Shown here: piece by piece, positions 1 through 8,732 of the stretch
Numbering within the stretch: the first letter of the stretch is position 1
Layout: each line of letters opens with the position of its first letter
From: Myxococcota bacterium
GTDB taxonomy: Bacteria > Myxococcota > Kuafuiibacteriia > Kuafuiibacteriales > Kuafuiibacteriaceae
Length of the DNA stretch: 64,000 nucleotides
Direction of reading: 5' to 3'
Assembly (NCBI GenBank): GCA_965223435.1
Contig: CBDCWQ010000023.1
Location: 504,752-568,751, forward strand
Position numbers and translations under genes: made by a program
Notes under the pieces: generated by a model
What the model was told of the DNA's origin: nothing
The model's database searches: none
Seen by the model: only the letters and a program-made list of their open reading frames with translations

Positions 1-1332
1 GCCGAAAACGCTGCCGGAACGACCGTGATGGACTCGCATGCGACCCAAACCGTCCAAGCAGGCAAGCCCAAGAACACAAAAATCCCACAGATGACTGGTA
101 TCGCGCGTCACGGTGCTCAGCTCATCACCACACTGGGTGAATGGGTAGGAACTCGGCCCATGCGTCATACCATCCAGTGGCGACGATGCAACGCGCTCGG
201 GGAAGCCTGCGCCCCTATTTCGGGGGCCTCTGAGGTCACTTATAGGCCCACCCCCGACGATGTCATGAGGCGTCTTCGTGCCTCAGTGAGTTTTCTGAAT
301 GTTGCCGGACGCACGACGGCTTACTCGGAGCCGAGTCCTCCCATAGCAGCCAACCGACCCGTTCGAATCGAGCGCCCACGCATCACCGGACCTCATCGAA
401 TTGGACTGGCGATGACCGCATCGCCCGGCGTTTGGGAGGGAACACCACCCATCTTTACCCGCTTTCAGTGGCTTCAATGTGACGAACGCGGGTCGTCGTG
501 TGCTCCGATACCGGGCGCGAATTCTTCGGTCTACAGAGTCACCGATTCTGATGAGGGCAAGCGGGTACGGGTACAAATCACCGCGAGCAATCCAGGGGGT
601 ACGACAGAATGGTTGTCGTGGTCTTCAGGCATCGTGGAGTCTCTTGGGCGGACGTTGTTTTCTGATTCTTTCGACATCGGTACACAGTCAGCATCAAGCC
701 CGGCGACGGCCCATGCCCGCCAACCTTCATATCAAACGATGTCATCTGATTGGGAAGTCACCAATGGGTCGGTATGGCTGCGCTCGGGTGTCGCTTGGGT
801 GAGTCAATCATACGCTGTGGACAAAGGGCAGGGCGGCAATGAGTTTCTCCTTTTTCGAGCACACACGGGCAGCGTGTTTGGGGATATCGCGGTCTCGTTT
901 CGCTTGCGTACCCTGGCTCTCTCGGATGCCGAGACGAAGTCGAGCGAGAATTGGGATGGTGTACATGTTCTGCTTCGTCGAGTTGATCAAACCAAGCTTT
1001 ATGCGGTGAGCGTGAATCGCCGGGATCACACGCTACAGATAAAGAAAAAGTGTGCTGGTGGGCCAACAAACGGAGGCACCTACGTCCGGCTCTCGTCGCC
1101 GAGGCCTGCGGCCGTTCCGGTGCCTTGGGGCCAATGGCAAAATGTTTTGCTGGTCGTTCGGAACCAATTGGATGGTGCGGTGCTCATTGATGCCATGATA
1201 GATGGTGTTCTGGTGGAGCGTGTCATGGATACCGGTGTAGGTTGCGCGCCCATTACTGTGGACGGGGCTGTTGGGATACGCGGTGACAGGGTGGAGTTCG
1301 AACTTGATGACTTCGACGTGAGAGCGCTGTAG
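1..1332 (+). CDS. Secreted repeat protein with a C-terminal concanavalin A-like (DUF1080/LamG-like) beta-jellyroll domain. It is 5'-partial because the ORF is open to the window edge; the first in-window ATG is at 25.
   Basis: Frame 1 has no stop from nt 1. Two internal ~45-aa modules repeat a Cys pair: W(R/L)(R/Q)C(N/D)..G..CAPI(S/P)GA..(V/V)YR(P/V)T. The C-terminal 180 aa follow a DUF1080/LamG-like pattern (W..G.W..; GDIAVSFRLR; NWDGVHVLLRR; GGTYVRLSS; WGQWQNVLLVV; DGVLV). The family assignment is pattern-based only. Confidence 0.45.
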   Translation, partial: AENAAGTTVMDSHATQTVQAGKPKNTKIPQMTGIARHGAQLITTLGEWVGTRPMRHTIQWRRCNALGEACAPISGASEVTYRPTPDDVMRRLRASVSFLNVAGRTTAYSEPSPPIAANRPVRIERPRITGPHRIGLAMTASPGVWEGTPPIFTRFQWLQCDERGSSCAPIPGANSSVYRVTDSDEGKRVRVQITASNPGGTTEWLSWSSGIVESLGRTLFSDSFDIGTQSASSPATAHARQPSYQTMSSDWEVTNGSVWLRSGVAWVSQSYAVDKGQGGNEFLLFRAHTGSVFGDIAVSFRLRTLALSDAETKSSENWDGVHVLLRRVDQTKLYAVSVNRRDHTLQIKKKCAGGPTNGGTYVRLSSPRPAAVPVPWGQWQNVLLVVRNQLDGAVLIDAMIDGVLVERVMDTGVGCAPITVDGAVGIRGDRVEFELDDFDVRAL

Positions 1333-1380
1333 TTCATACAATCGACGAAAGCGCCCCGATTCGATAGGGTATCAGCCTAT

Positions 1381-2219
1381 ATGGTGCGACAGAGCTTGGA
1401 GGACCGACTCCGCGAACTGGAGACGCTTCGTGATGCGGAGCCTCAGGTCGCGCGACAGGCGCTCAAGCGCGTCATGGCGCAGAAGAACAATTTCATGGTC
1501 GCCCGGGCGGCAGAGATCATCAAAGAGCGAGAGTTTGAGGCCCTCTATCCGGCGCTTGAGCAGGCTTTTTTCCGCTTCATGGAGAAGCCTGACGTCACCG
1601 ACAAGAACTGCCGCGCAAAAACTGCGATTGCGAAGGTGTTGATCGCGGCGGAATACTGGTCGGAGAATTTGTATCTCGCCGGGATTCGGCACGTGCAGCT
1701 CGAGCCCGTTTGGGGGGGCGTGAAGTACGGGTGGCCGCCGCCACGGCCGTGGGAGACGCGGGCCATCGCGCCGGCGTTGCTCTTTTGAAACTCAAAGTTT
1801 CACTCGGAGATCCGGAACCCGAGGTGTTCACCGAGTGTTTGGCATCGATCTTACACCTAGGGCGCGATGATGCGCTCGGCTTTGTCGGCGCCTATCTCGC
1901 TTCGACCGATCCCACGATGAGCGAATCGGCGGCGATGGCCCTGGGTCAAGTGCGGATTAAAGGCAGTGAACGTATCGTCATCGATGCCATCGAAGCCGAG
2001 GTGTTGGGCCCGCGACGGAAGGTCCTTTATCTGTCTCTGGCGATGATGTGCGCGCCGACGGCCATCGACCACTTACTCAGCATTGTCACCAACGGCCCTG
2101 AGGCCGAGGCCGCTTCTGCTCTTGAAGCCTTTGATGTCTTGCGCCACGATCAGGCGCTCATGAGACGGTTGAGGACGGCACGGGCATCGCGAGTCGATCG
2201 AAAAACTCAATCCGACTGA
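1381..2219 (+). pseudogene. HEAT/PBS-lyase-type repeat protein, split into two overlapping ORFs (1381..1788 and 1710..2219) by a frame change inside a G7 homopolymer (about 1712-1718). Either a sequencing indel or genuine slippage.
   Basis: The sequence gtttgggggggcgtgaag is read as P V W G G V K Y in ORF1, which then stops at 1788. An 8th G would give P V W G G R E V R V A A A T A V G D... and continue into ORF2. Both halves carry HEAT-like repeats (VRVAAATAVGDAGHRAGVALLKL; EPEVFTECLASILHLGRDDALGF). Confidence 0.45.
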
Positions 2220-2338
2220 CTCCCAGTGCAATACAACGCCGAGTTCGGCGACTCGAATTTGCCGTTTCTTTCCCAAAAACCGCAGGAGCATCGTTGACCT
2301 CGGCGGTGTGATGGTCTAAATTTAGTCGTTATTCTGTC

Positions 2339-2620
2339 ATGAAATCTGTCAAATTATCCGAAGATGTAGTCCCGATCGGCGAGTTTAAGGGGAAAGCAGC
2401 ACAATGGCTACGTCGACTCAGAGCGGCCGGTTCGCCCCTGGTTATTACCCAAAACGGAACTCCAGCAGCGGTGATGCTCTCGCCTAGAGAGTATGATCGG
2501 ATCGCAGAACAAATTCGCTTCTTAGAGTCTGTGGCCGCCGGTCTCGCGGATGCAGAGGGGGGCCGAACGATGACTACCGCTCAGCTAAAGAAGCGGCTGA
2601 AGGCCCGTCGGCGCGCATGA
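2339..2620 (+). CDS. Type II antitoxin, Phd/YefM family
   Basis: A 93-aa protein with the typical Phd/YefM N-terminus (VPIGEFKGKAAQWLRRLRAAGSPLVITQNGTPAAVMLSPREYDRI). Its stop TGA overlaps the ATG of the downstream toxin in an ATGA 4-bp overlap. Confidence 0.8.
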   Translation: MKSVKLSEDVVPIGEFKGKAAQWLRRLRAAGSPLVITQNGTPAAVMLSPREYDRIAEQIRFLESVAAGLADAEGGRTMTTAQLKKRLKARRRA

Positions 2621-2913
2621 AGGTCCGGTGGACCGAGCAGGCGCTTGCCCGGCTCGCGGATATCTACGATTACATTGCCGACGACAATGCCGATGCAGCG
2701 GCTAAGCTCGTCGATGATCTCGTGGATCGTGGCGACAAGTTGGCAAAGTTCCCGAAGCGAGGGCGGATGGTGCCCGAGCTCGGAAATCCGGAGATCCGGG
2801 AGCTGGTTATTCGTGGATACCGGCTCGTCTACCGAGTTGGCGCGAAGCGCATTGATATTCTGACGGCATTTGAGGGCCACCATTTGCTTCCAGAGGAGGA
2901 CATCGGCAAATAG
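2617..2913 (+). CDS. Type II toxin, ParE/RelE superfamily
   Basis: A 98-aa protein with ParE/RelE hallmarks: WTEQALARLADIYDYIADDNADAAAKLVDDLVDRGDKLAKFPKRGRMVPELG...IRELVIRGYRLVYRV...IDILTAFEGHHL. It is translationally coupled to the upstream antitoxin. Confidence 0.8.
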   Translation: MKVRWTEQALARLADIYDYIADDNADAAAKLVDDLVDRGDKLAKFPKRGRMVPELGNPEIRELVIRGYRLVYRVGAKRIDILTAFEGHHLLPEEDIGK

Positions 2914-3376
2914 GAGCGATTTCAGTAGGCCGATACCTGTCGCCAATGCGGGTGTCGCCTGGTTGGAAGTGCCAAAAAACCTTCCAATAAACCGTAACAA
3001 TCCCCCTCGCAATGATTTTCGGTGCTGCGCCGGATGGCTTGGGTACACCCAAAATCTTTCTAATCGTGGTTTGGGGTGCGGCCATCGTCGAAGCATTTTG
3101 TTCAAGAATCGGGTGCCCGGATACTTAGTCACAATGGTGTGAGCCACAACGGGTGGGTGTGGGCCTCACGAAGTGGGATACGGCTGTTGCCATTGTGCAG
3201 GGTAGTTGCGGTGTGTTGTCAATAGAACTCGCGGTATCATCGTCAACGTGATTGACGTCCGGCTGCCCGACGGCAGGCGCGTATCCTCTGGTCGGCAAGA
3301 GGTCTCGGTGAAGGCGGGTGACCCGTTTTTCCGTAACGGCTTGGGTGGGCTCGGACGTGCTTGTTTGCGGTTTCGA

Positions 3377-4657
3377 TTGGGTCGGCGGTGGTGCGCTTGT
3401 TCCCGAGTCTCTTCTGCTTGGTTGTGGGCTTTTTTCCTTATCGTGGTGATGGGCGCCGAGGCGTCTCATGCGGGGCAAAGACAGGTGTTTTTTGCACCCA
3501 ACTTTCGGTTGGTGGCTGGATGGAACTTGGTGGTGCTGCCTCAAGGCCTGAAGCTTGACGACAGTCTTTCCATTTGGTCCGTGCAAGAAGGAGGCGATTC
3601 CGGGACGCTGCCGGGGTGGGGTGAGATGAGCGGGGCCAGCGAGGATTGGTCTGACAACGCGGTCTGGGTCTATTCGAGTCGAAGCCGGAGTTTTATGGTG
3701 GACCCGAATGTCGCATCGCATCTGCCGCTCGAGCCCAACTGGGTGGACGGCTGGAATCTATATCGGGTGCCCGAGCCGAAGCGCCACCAAAACCCACATG
3801 TCGTTCGCATCGTGGCCTGGGACGCGAAAGAGCAGCGCTACCAGGACGTGCGGCCGGGTGCCACTTTAGAACCCAAGGAAGTCTATTTTGCCGACTACGT
3901 ATCGGATCTGAGGCGACCGCCGGGATCGGCGACGTTTTCGGCAAGTTTCAACGGGAAAGATGCTTTTGTGGAGGTCCCAGATCACGATGCGTATTCGCAG
4001 CCGACCACGGGGGCTCTGAGTGTCGAAGCGTGGATTCGTCCTGATGCGCTTCGGATGCCGAGGATTCAGTCGAGCGGTTATGTCAACTGGTTGGGCAAGG
4101 GCATACCGCGGGAATACGAGTGGACTTTTCGGATGTATTCGCTCGGCAACCGTGAGGGCCGCGGGAATCGAATCAGTTTTTACGCGATGAATGCCGAAGG
4201 CGGTCTCGGGGTGGGCAGCTACTTTCAGGATGAACTCGAGCCCAAGGCGTGGATTCACGTTGTGGCCACACTGACCCAAACCCATACAACCATTTTTCGG
4301 GATGGAGCGTACCGTAAGGACGATTCTTTGAACTGGGTGGAGCGCAACGTGCAGGTGAGGCCAACCAACCAAAAGGCCCCTTTGAGGATAGGCACCCGAG
4401 ATGGGGGGAGCTACTTTCAGGGCGCGCTGGCGCGTGTGGCCATCTACGGCGTGGTGCTTAGCGAGGCACAGATTGAGGCACATTATGCCGCAGGCGGCAC
4501 ATCCGGCTACGACAGCCTCATTCTCGGGGAACCCGGTCTGGTTGGCTATTGGCCGCTTGACGAAGTTTCGGGGACCGTGGCCTTTGACCGCACCGGGAAC
4601 AACGATGGGGTCTACAAGGGGCCGGTGGTTCTCGGTCTCGTGCGCTGGGAGCCTTGA
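3377..4657 (+). CDS. Secreted protein with an N-terminal GWNL module and a C-terminal LamG/concanavalin A-like lectin domain. The start is uncertain: the ORF track maximum is 3206, TTG 3377 precedes a signal-peptide-like segment, and ATG 3449 is an alternative.
   Basis: A signal-like stretch is present (LGRRWCACSRVSSAWLWAFFLIVVMGAEA|SHA). The module FAPNFRLVAGWNLVVLPQGL...AVWVYSS...VDGWNLYRVPEP is shared with the two giant proteins. The C-terminal region has a Laminin_G_3-like pattern (SFNGKDAFVEVPDHDAY...GALSVEAWIRPD...FQGALARVAIYGVVLSEAQIEAHY). Confidence 0.6.
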   Translation: MGRRWCACSRVSSAWLWAFFLIVVMGAEASHAGQRQVFFAPNFRLVAGWNLVVLPQGLKLDDSLSIWSVQEGGDSGTLPGWGEMSGASEDWSDNAVWVYSSRSRSFMVDPNVASHLPLEPNWVDGWNLYRVPEPKRHQNPHVVRIVAWDAKEQRYQDVRPGATLEPKEVYFADYVSDLRRPPGSATFSASFNGKDAFVEVPDHDAYSQPTTGALSVEAWIRPDALRMPRIQSSGYVNWLGKGIPREYEWTFRMYSLGNREGRGNRISFYAMNAEGGLGVGSYFQDELEPKAWIHVVATLTQTHTTIFRDGAYRKDDSLNWVERNVQVRPTNQKAPLRIGTRDGGSYFQGALARVAIYGVVLSEAQIEAHYAAGGTSGYDSLILGEPGLVGYWPLDEVSGTVAFDRTGNNDGVYKGPVVLGLVRWEP

Positions 4658-4675
4658 CCAGAGGGGATCGAAGCT

Positions 4676-6094
4676 TCAGCCGGCTGCTTTGGTCGGCTCG
4701 GCGGCGTCGAGAACCGGCAGTCGCCGCCGGATGGCTTCTTTGCCTGCTCCGTATTGACCGGTGAAACACGCGTTGCAGAAGCTACTGCGGGGGCCGAGTT
4801 CGTCGCCCACCGAGCGGTGAAGGCCGGCTTCGCTCAGGTAGGAGAGGCTGTCGGCCGTGAGGAACTGGGTGATGTTGTCGATGCTGTGGTTGGCCGCGAT
4901 GAGCTCTTCGCGGGTCGGGGTGTCGATGCCGTAAAAGCAGGGGAAGCGGGTTGGAGGCGAAGAGATTCGGACGTGAACCTCGGTGGCGCCGGCGGCGCGC
5001 AGCATGCCGACAATCTTGCGGCTCGTGGTTCCCCGGACGAGGGAGTCGTCTACCACGATGACCCGTTTGCCTTTGAGTACGGAGCGTACGGCGCTCAGTT
5101 TCAGTTTGACCCCGAAGTTTCGGATAGACTGGTCGGGTTCGATGAAGGTTCTGCCCACATAGTGGCTTCGCAATAGACCGTGTCTGAAGGGAATCAGGGC
5201 TTCTTCGGCGTAGCCCAGGGCGGCCGCAACCCCGGAGTCGGGCACGGGGATGACCAGATCGGCTTCGACCGAATCTTCGCGTGCCAGTTGCCGCCCCATT
5301 TCGTACCGCGCTTCGTACACGTTGGTATTGAAGATGCGGCTGTCTGGGCGGGCGAAGTACACCAGCTCGAAGATACACGTGCTGGAACGGCTGTCGGGGG
5401 CGTGAACCAAAGGCTCACTGATCAGCCCACGGGGGCCTGCGCTCAAGATCTCGCCGGGCGCAACCTCTCGGACAAATTCGGCGCCCATCAGGTCAAGGGC
5501 GCAGGTCTCCGAGGCGAACACGTGGGCGTCACCCAGCTTGCCGAGCACCAGCGGCCGAAAACCGTTTGGATCCCTTAAGGCAATGACACCCTTGGGGTGA
5601 AGAATGACCAAGGTATAGGCCCCTTCGACCTGGGCGACCGCCTCTCGAATGCGGTCTTCGATGCGCGGCGCGCGGGACCGGGCCAAGAGGTGGACCAGGA
5701 CCTCGGTGTCGCTCCGGGTACTAAAAATGGACCCTTGGCGTTCGAGGTCTTCTCGGATTTCTGCGGCATTCACCAAGGTGCCGTTGTGAGCGATGGAAAG
5801 TGCGCCCCTTCGGGTCTCAACCGTGATGGGCTGGGCGGATTGGACGCCGGTTCCGCCGACGGTGGAGTAGCGCACATGGCCGATGCTGTGGCTGCCCGAC
5901 AGGCCCTGAAGGGCCCGCTCGGTGAAGACGTCTGCGACCAGGCCTTGCGCGCTGTGCTTGAGGGCCCGGTCGGCCGAATCGTTGTAGGCGACGATGCCCG
6001 CGGACTCTTGCCCGCGATGTTGAAGGGCGTGCAGGCCCAGGTAGGTCAGCTTTGCTGCCTCTGGATGCCCAAAGATGCCAAAGACCCCGCACAC
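4676..6094 (-). CDS. purF: Amidophosphoribosyltransferase (glutamine PRPP amidotransferase)
   Basis: The N-terminus (V)CGVFGIFGHPEAAKLTYLGLHALQHRGQESAGIV is the Ntn Cys1 motif. Further on are the PRTase motifs DLVIPVPDSG and VVDDSLVRGTTS, then the C-terminal Cys-rich tail. The start is placed at GTG 6092-6094, giving M-C; the ORF track extends the frame upstream to 6325. Confidence 0.9.
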   Translation of the reverse strand: MCGVFGIFGHPEAAKLTYLGLHALQHRGQESAGIVAYNDSADRALKHSAQGLVADVFTERALQGLSGSHSIGHVRYSTVGGTGVQSAQPITVETRRGALSIAHNGTLVNAAEIREDLERQGSIFSTRSDTEVLVHLLARSRAPRIEDRIREAVAQVEGAYTLVILHPKGVIALRDPNGFRPLVLGKLGDAHVFASETCALDLMGAEFVREVAPGEILSAGPRGLISEPLVHAPDSRSSTCIFELVYFARPDSRIFNTNVYEARYEMGRQLAREDSVEADLVIPVPDSGVAAALGYAEEALIPFRHGLLRSHYVGRTFIEPDQSIRNFGVKLKLSAVRSVLKGKRVIVVDDSLVRGTTSRKIVGMLRAAGATEVHVRISSPPTRFPCFYGIDTPTREELIAANHSIDNITQFLTADSLSYLSEAGLHRSVGDELGPRSSFCNACFTGQYGAGKEAIRRRLPVLDAAEPTKAAG

Positions 6095-6250
6095 TTCGCG
6101 CCTGGAGTCGCCTGCTTGGCCAGCGAGGTCAAGCGCCCATTTGCCTGTGCTTCGGGGAAACGCGCCGTCTTTGTTGGGGGGGCGGGCTCGCATTGCCGAT
6201 TGCTCCGGTGGCCACGAATTCGTATGGTCCCGGTTGCTTGCCCTGATTCG

Positions 6251-7498
6251 ATGCCCAACGTGCCAAGCCAGCTGCCGGGTTCGGAAGAGACGTTTGCGGG
6301 AGGACTCGAAGATCGATTCGTCCATCGCGCGCGTATGCTTTTTGTGGGGCGCATGCTGCTCCTCGGTTTTGGCCTGGGGGTCTTGGCCAGCCCCGCGTGG
6401 TCCAAGCTTTTGGGGGTCACGTCGGTGCGGGCCTTTTTTGTCTACTTTGTGATGATCGCCATGGCGGTCGTCGCCTACTTTTTGCTGGAACGACCGGCCT
6501 GGGTGCGCTCCTGGACGCTGCTAAGCCTGGTGTTTGACCTGTTGGTGTTGGTGTTGGTCGTGCAAAGGACCGGCGGCCTGAGTTCTCCGCTCATGGCGCT
6601 TCACGGGTTATGGACGCTGTTTTTTGTGCTTTTGTTTCCCACGGTTTGGTCCCTCGTTTTGCCGGCCCTTTCGCTGGTGATCATCGCCAAGTGGGGATCG
6701 GCGACGGTGGGGCCGGTGTGGCGGGACGAGACCCTCTTTCTTTCTTGTTGGTACGGGTTGCTCGCAATTCTTGTGGCCTACCTCCTCCTCACATTGACCG
6801 CCCGCGACGAACGCCGGACCCATCAGCTGCGCATCCTGTCCAAGGCGCAAGAGCTTGCCATCGTTTCGGAGGAAAGGCTGCGCTTGGCCCGGGAAATTCA
6901 TGATGGCCTCGGTGGCGCCTTGTCGACGTTGATGATCCAATCCGAGTTCATCGAGCGCCTGGCCACCGAACCGAAGCTGAGGCAAGAAATCACCGAGCTT
7001 CGGGATCAGGCCGGAGAAGCGATGGACGAGCTTCGCCGGTCCTTGACGATGATGCGCCGGGATTTTGATCTGCACAAGGCGCTTGAAGACTACTGCCGCC
7101 GGTTTCAAGACCGCACCCGGGTGTCCTGTCGCCTGGAGGTGCGTGGGCATCCCACGCGTTTGCCGAGCGAGATGCAGCTCGCGATTTTTCGCTTGTTGCA
7201 GGAGTGTCTGACCAACGCCCAAAAGCACGCCGAGGCGGCCACGGTCTTGGTGCAGCTTCGTTACGAGACGGACCAAGTTTGGCTGAAGGTGCGTGATGAC
7301 GGAAAGGGGTTTTCGGTGACGGAGGTCTCTGCCGGGCACTATGGGCTGAGCAACATGGTGGCCCGAGCCAAAACGTTCAGGGGCACGGTCGAGGTCGAAT
7401 CCACCCCCGGGGAGGGGACATCGGTGGCGGTGCGCCTGATGGTTCCGCTCGAGGGCTCCCACGTCAAACCCCATCCGGGTGGGCCACGGGTTTCCTGA
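6251..7498 (+). CDS. Membrane sensor histidine kinase with a HisKA_3 (NarX/DesK/LiaS-type) dimerisation domain and a HATPase_c domain. No response regulator is adjacent.
   Basis: The protein has 5-6 predicted TM helices. These are followed by the H-box LAREIHDGLGGALSTL and ATPase motifs (LLQECLTNAQKHA; VRDDGKGF; GHYGLSNMVARAKTFRGTVEVESTPGEGTSV). The portion of the ORF-track frame upstream of 6251 is antisense to purF and was discarded. Confidence 0.8.
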   Translation: MPNVPSQLPGSEETFAGGLEDRFVHRARMLFVGRMLLLGFGLGVLASPAWSKLLGVTSVRAFFVYFVMIAMAVVAYFLLERPAWVRSWTLLSLVFDLLVLVLVVQRTGGLSSPLMALHGLWTLFFVLLFPTVWSLVLPALSLVIIAKWGSATVGPVWRDETLFLSCWYGLLAILVAYLLLTLTARDERRTHQLRILSKAQELAIVSEERLRLAREIHDGLGGALSTLMIQSEFIERLATEPKLRQEITELRDQAGEAMDELRRSLTMMRRDFDLHKALEDYCRRFQDRTRVSCRLEVRGHPTRLPSEMQLAIFRLLQECLTNAQKHAEAATVLVQLRYETDQVWLKVRDDGKGFSVTEVSAGHYGLSNMVARAKTFRGTVEVESTPGEGTSVAVRLMVPLEGSHVKPHPGGPRVS

Positions 7499-7579
7499 CG
7501 GGTGCACCCACGTCGTTTTGTCTTTGACAGTGGCTTCTTTCCCACCGCATGAACTGTCACCAGGCGTGAATGCGCGCCG

Positions 7580-7661
7580 GCCGGGATGGCGGAACGGTAG
7601 ACGCGGAGGCCTTAAAAGCCTCTGTCCGATGGGCGTGGGGGTTCGAGTCCCCCTCCCGGCA
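7580..7661 (+). tRNA. tRNA-Leu (anticodon TAA), class II with a long variable arm
   Basis: Manual fold: acceptor gccggga/tcccggc, D-arm gcgg..acgc, anticodon stem gaggc/gcctc with loop cTTAAaa, variable arm tgtccgatgggcgt, T-arm ggggg-ttcgagt-ccccc, discriminator A. No CCA is encoded. Confidence 0.8.
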
Positions 7662-7848
7662 TCGCTCACAGAGGCGTTCGGCGCCGAAGTTTCGCGTGGT
7701 GCACGGAATCCTCTCGGGGCGCGAGGTGTTTGGCGGCGGACGGCCTGGCGGGGTGCCAGCCCTGACCTCAGCCGGGTCGATGTCGGCTTTGGCCCACACC
7801 TGGCCGTTGACCCAGGGTCGGCGGTGCAGTTAGTCGGTCCGACGGCCT

Positions 7849-8610
7849 GTGCCGGGCGCCTCCATGCTTGACCTTCACAACCACGTGCTCTTTGGGCTGG
7901 ATGACGGTTGCCGCACGCTCGAAGAGTCGCGCGCGCTCTGTGTCCTGGCGCGCGAGAGCGGCCATCTCGGCTTTGTGGCGACCCCCCATATTCGGGCGGG
8001 GCTGTTCAACAACACCCCCGACATGATTCGGAACCGGTGGGAACAGACGCGGGCGGTGGTGTCCGAAGCGGGTCTCGAATTCTACCTGGGGGCGGAGTAC
8101 TACTTTGATGAGACCCTACTCGAGGCGGCGCGCGCCAAGGCCCTCCTGACTTTGGGGACCACCAGCCGTTTTGTCCTCACCGAATTTCCACAGCCTCAGC
8201 TTCCACCCCGAACCCTCGACATTCTTTATGAGATTCGATTGTCGGGGTATGTCCCGGTTATCGCGCATCCGGAGCGATGCGAAGGCGTCGCGCGCAACAT
8301 CGAGGCGGCCCGGGCCCTTTTTGAGCAAGCCGGGGTGTTGCTCCAGCTCGATCTCGGCAGCCTTGTTGGTCACTACGGCCCTTCGCCCCGCCGCGCGGCC
8401 AAGCAACTGCTGAAACACGGTGCGTACCATGTTGCGGCCTGTGACCTTCACCGGCCCTCAGACGTCAAAGCCATTGTGTCCCCCTCGCTCAAAAAACTGG
8501 GTTCGCTCCTCAAGAAACGCGGCGCCTTGGGGGGACTCCGCGCGCTCACGGTCGATAATCCGAGAAAGATTGTTGAAAACGCCGCCCTTGAGTCCATCGA
8601 AGCGGTCTGA
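7849..8610 (+). CDS. CpsB/YwqE-type PHP-domain tyrosine-protein phosphatase. GTG 7849 is the track start; ATG 7864 (MLDLHNH) is more typical.
   Basis: The N-terminus MLDLHNHVLFGLDDG is the PHP His motif. Downstream are ATPHIRAGLF, VIAHPER and AACDLHRP, consistent with the capsular-polysaccharide phosphatase family. Confidence 0.75.
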   Translation: MPGASMLDLHNHVLFGLDDGCRTLEESRALCVLARESGHLGFVATPHIRAGLFNNTPDMIRNRWEQTRAVVSEAGLEFYLGAEYYFDETLLEAARAKALLTLGTTSRFVLTEFPQPQLPPRTLDILYEIRLSGYVPVIAHPERCEGVARNIEAARALFEQAGVLLQLDLGSLVGHYGPSPRRAAKQLLKHGAYHVAACDLHRPSDVKAIVSPSLKKLGSLLKKRGALGGLRALTVDNPRKIVENAALESIEAV

Positions 8611-8732
8611 CGCCAGACGTGGACCAAGCCGAACGGTCTGAGGCCGAACCGGTTGAGGACCCACGGTTGAGGCGGCGGTTCTTGGCTACAATAGTGCTGG
8701 TCATCATGGGGACAGACGACTAGACCGAGCCC

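Noticed and set aside
3206-3376. N-terminal extension of the LamG-protein ORF starting at 3206 (MRCVVNRTRGIIVNV...)
   Set aside because: It precedes a clear signal-peptide-like segment and has no homology support. An internal TTG or ATG start gives a normal secreted-protein N-terminus.
5597-6250. N-terminal 218 codons of the long ORF 5597..7498
   Set aside because: This part runs antisense through purF and has no kinase-related sequence. The genuine kinase begins at the ATG at 6251, after the purF start codon. It is a typical high-GC antisense open frame.
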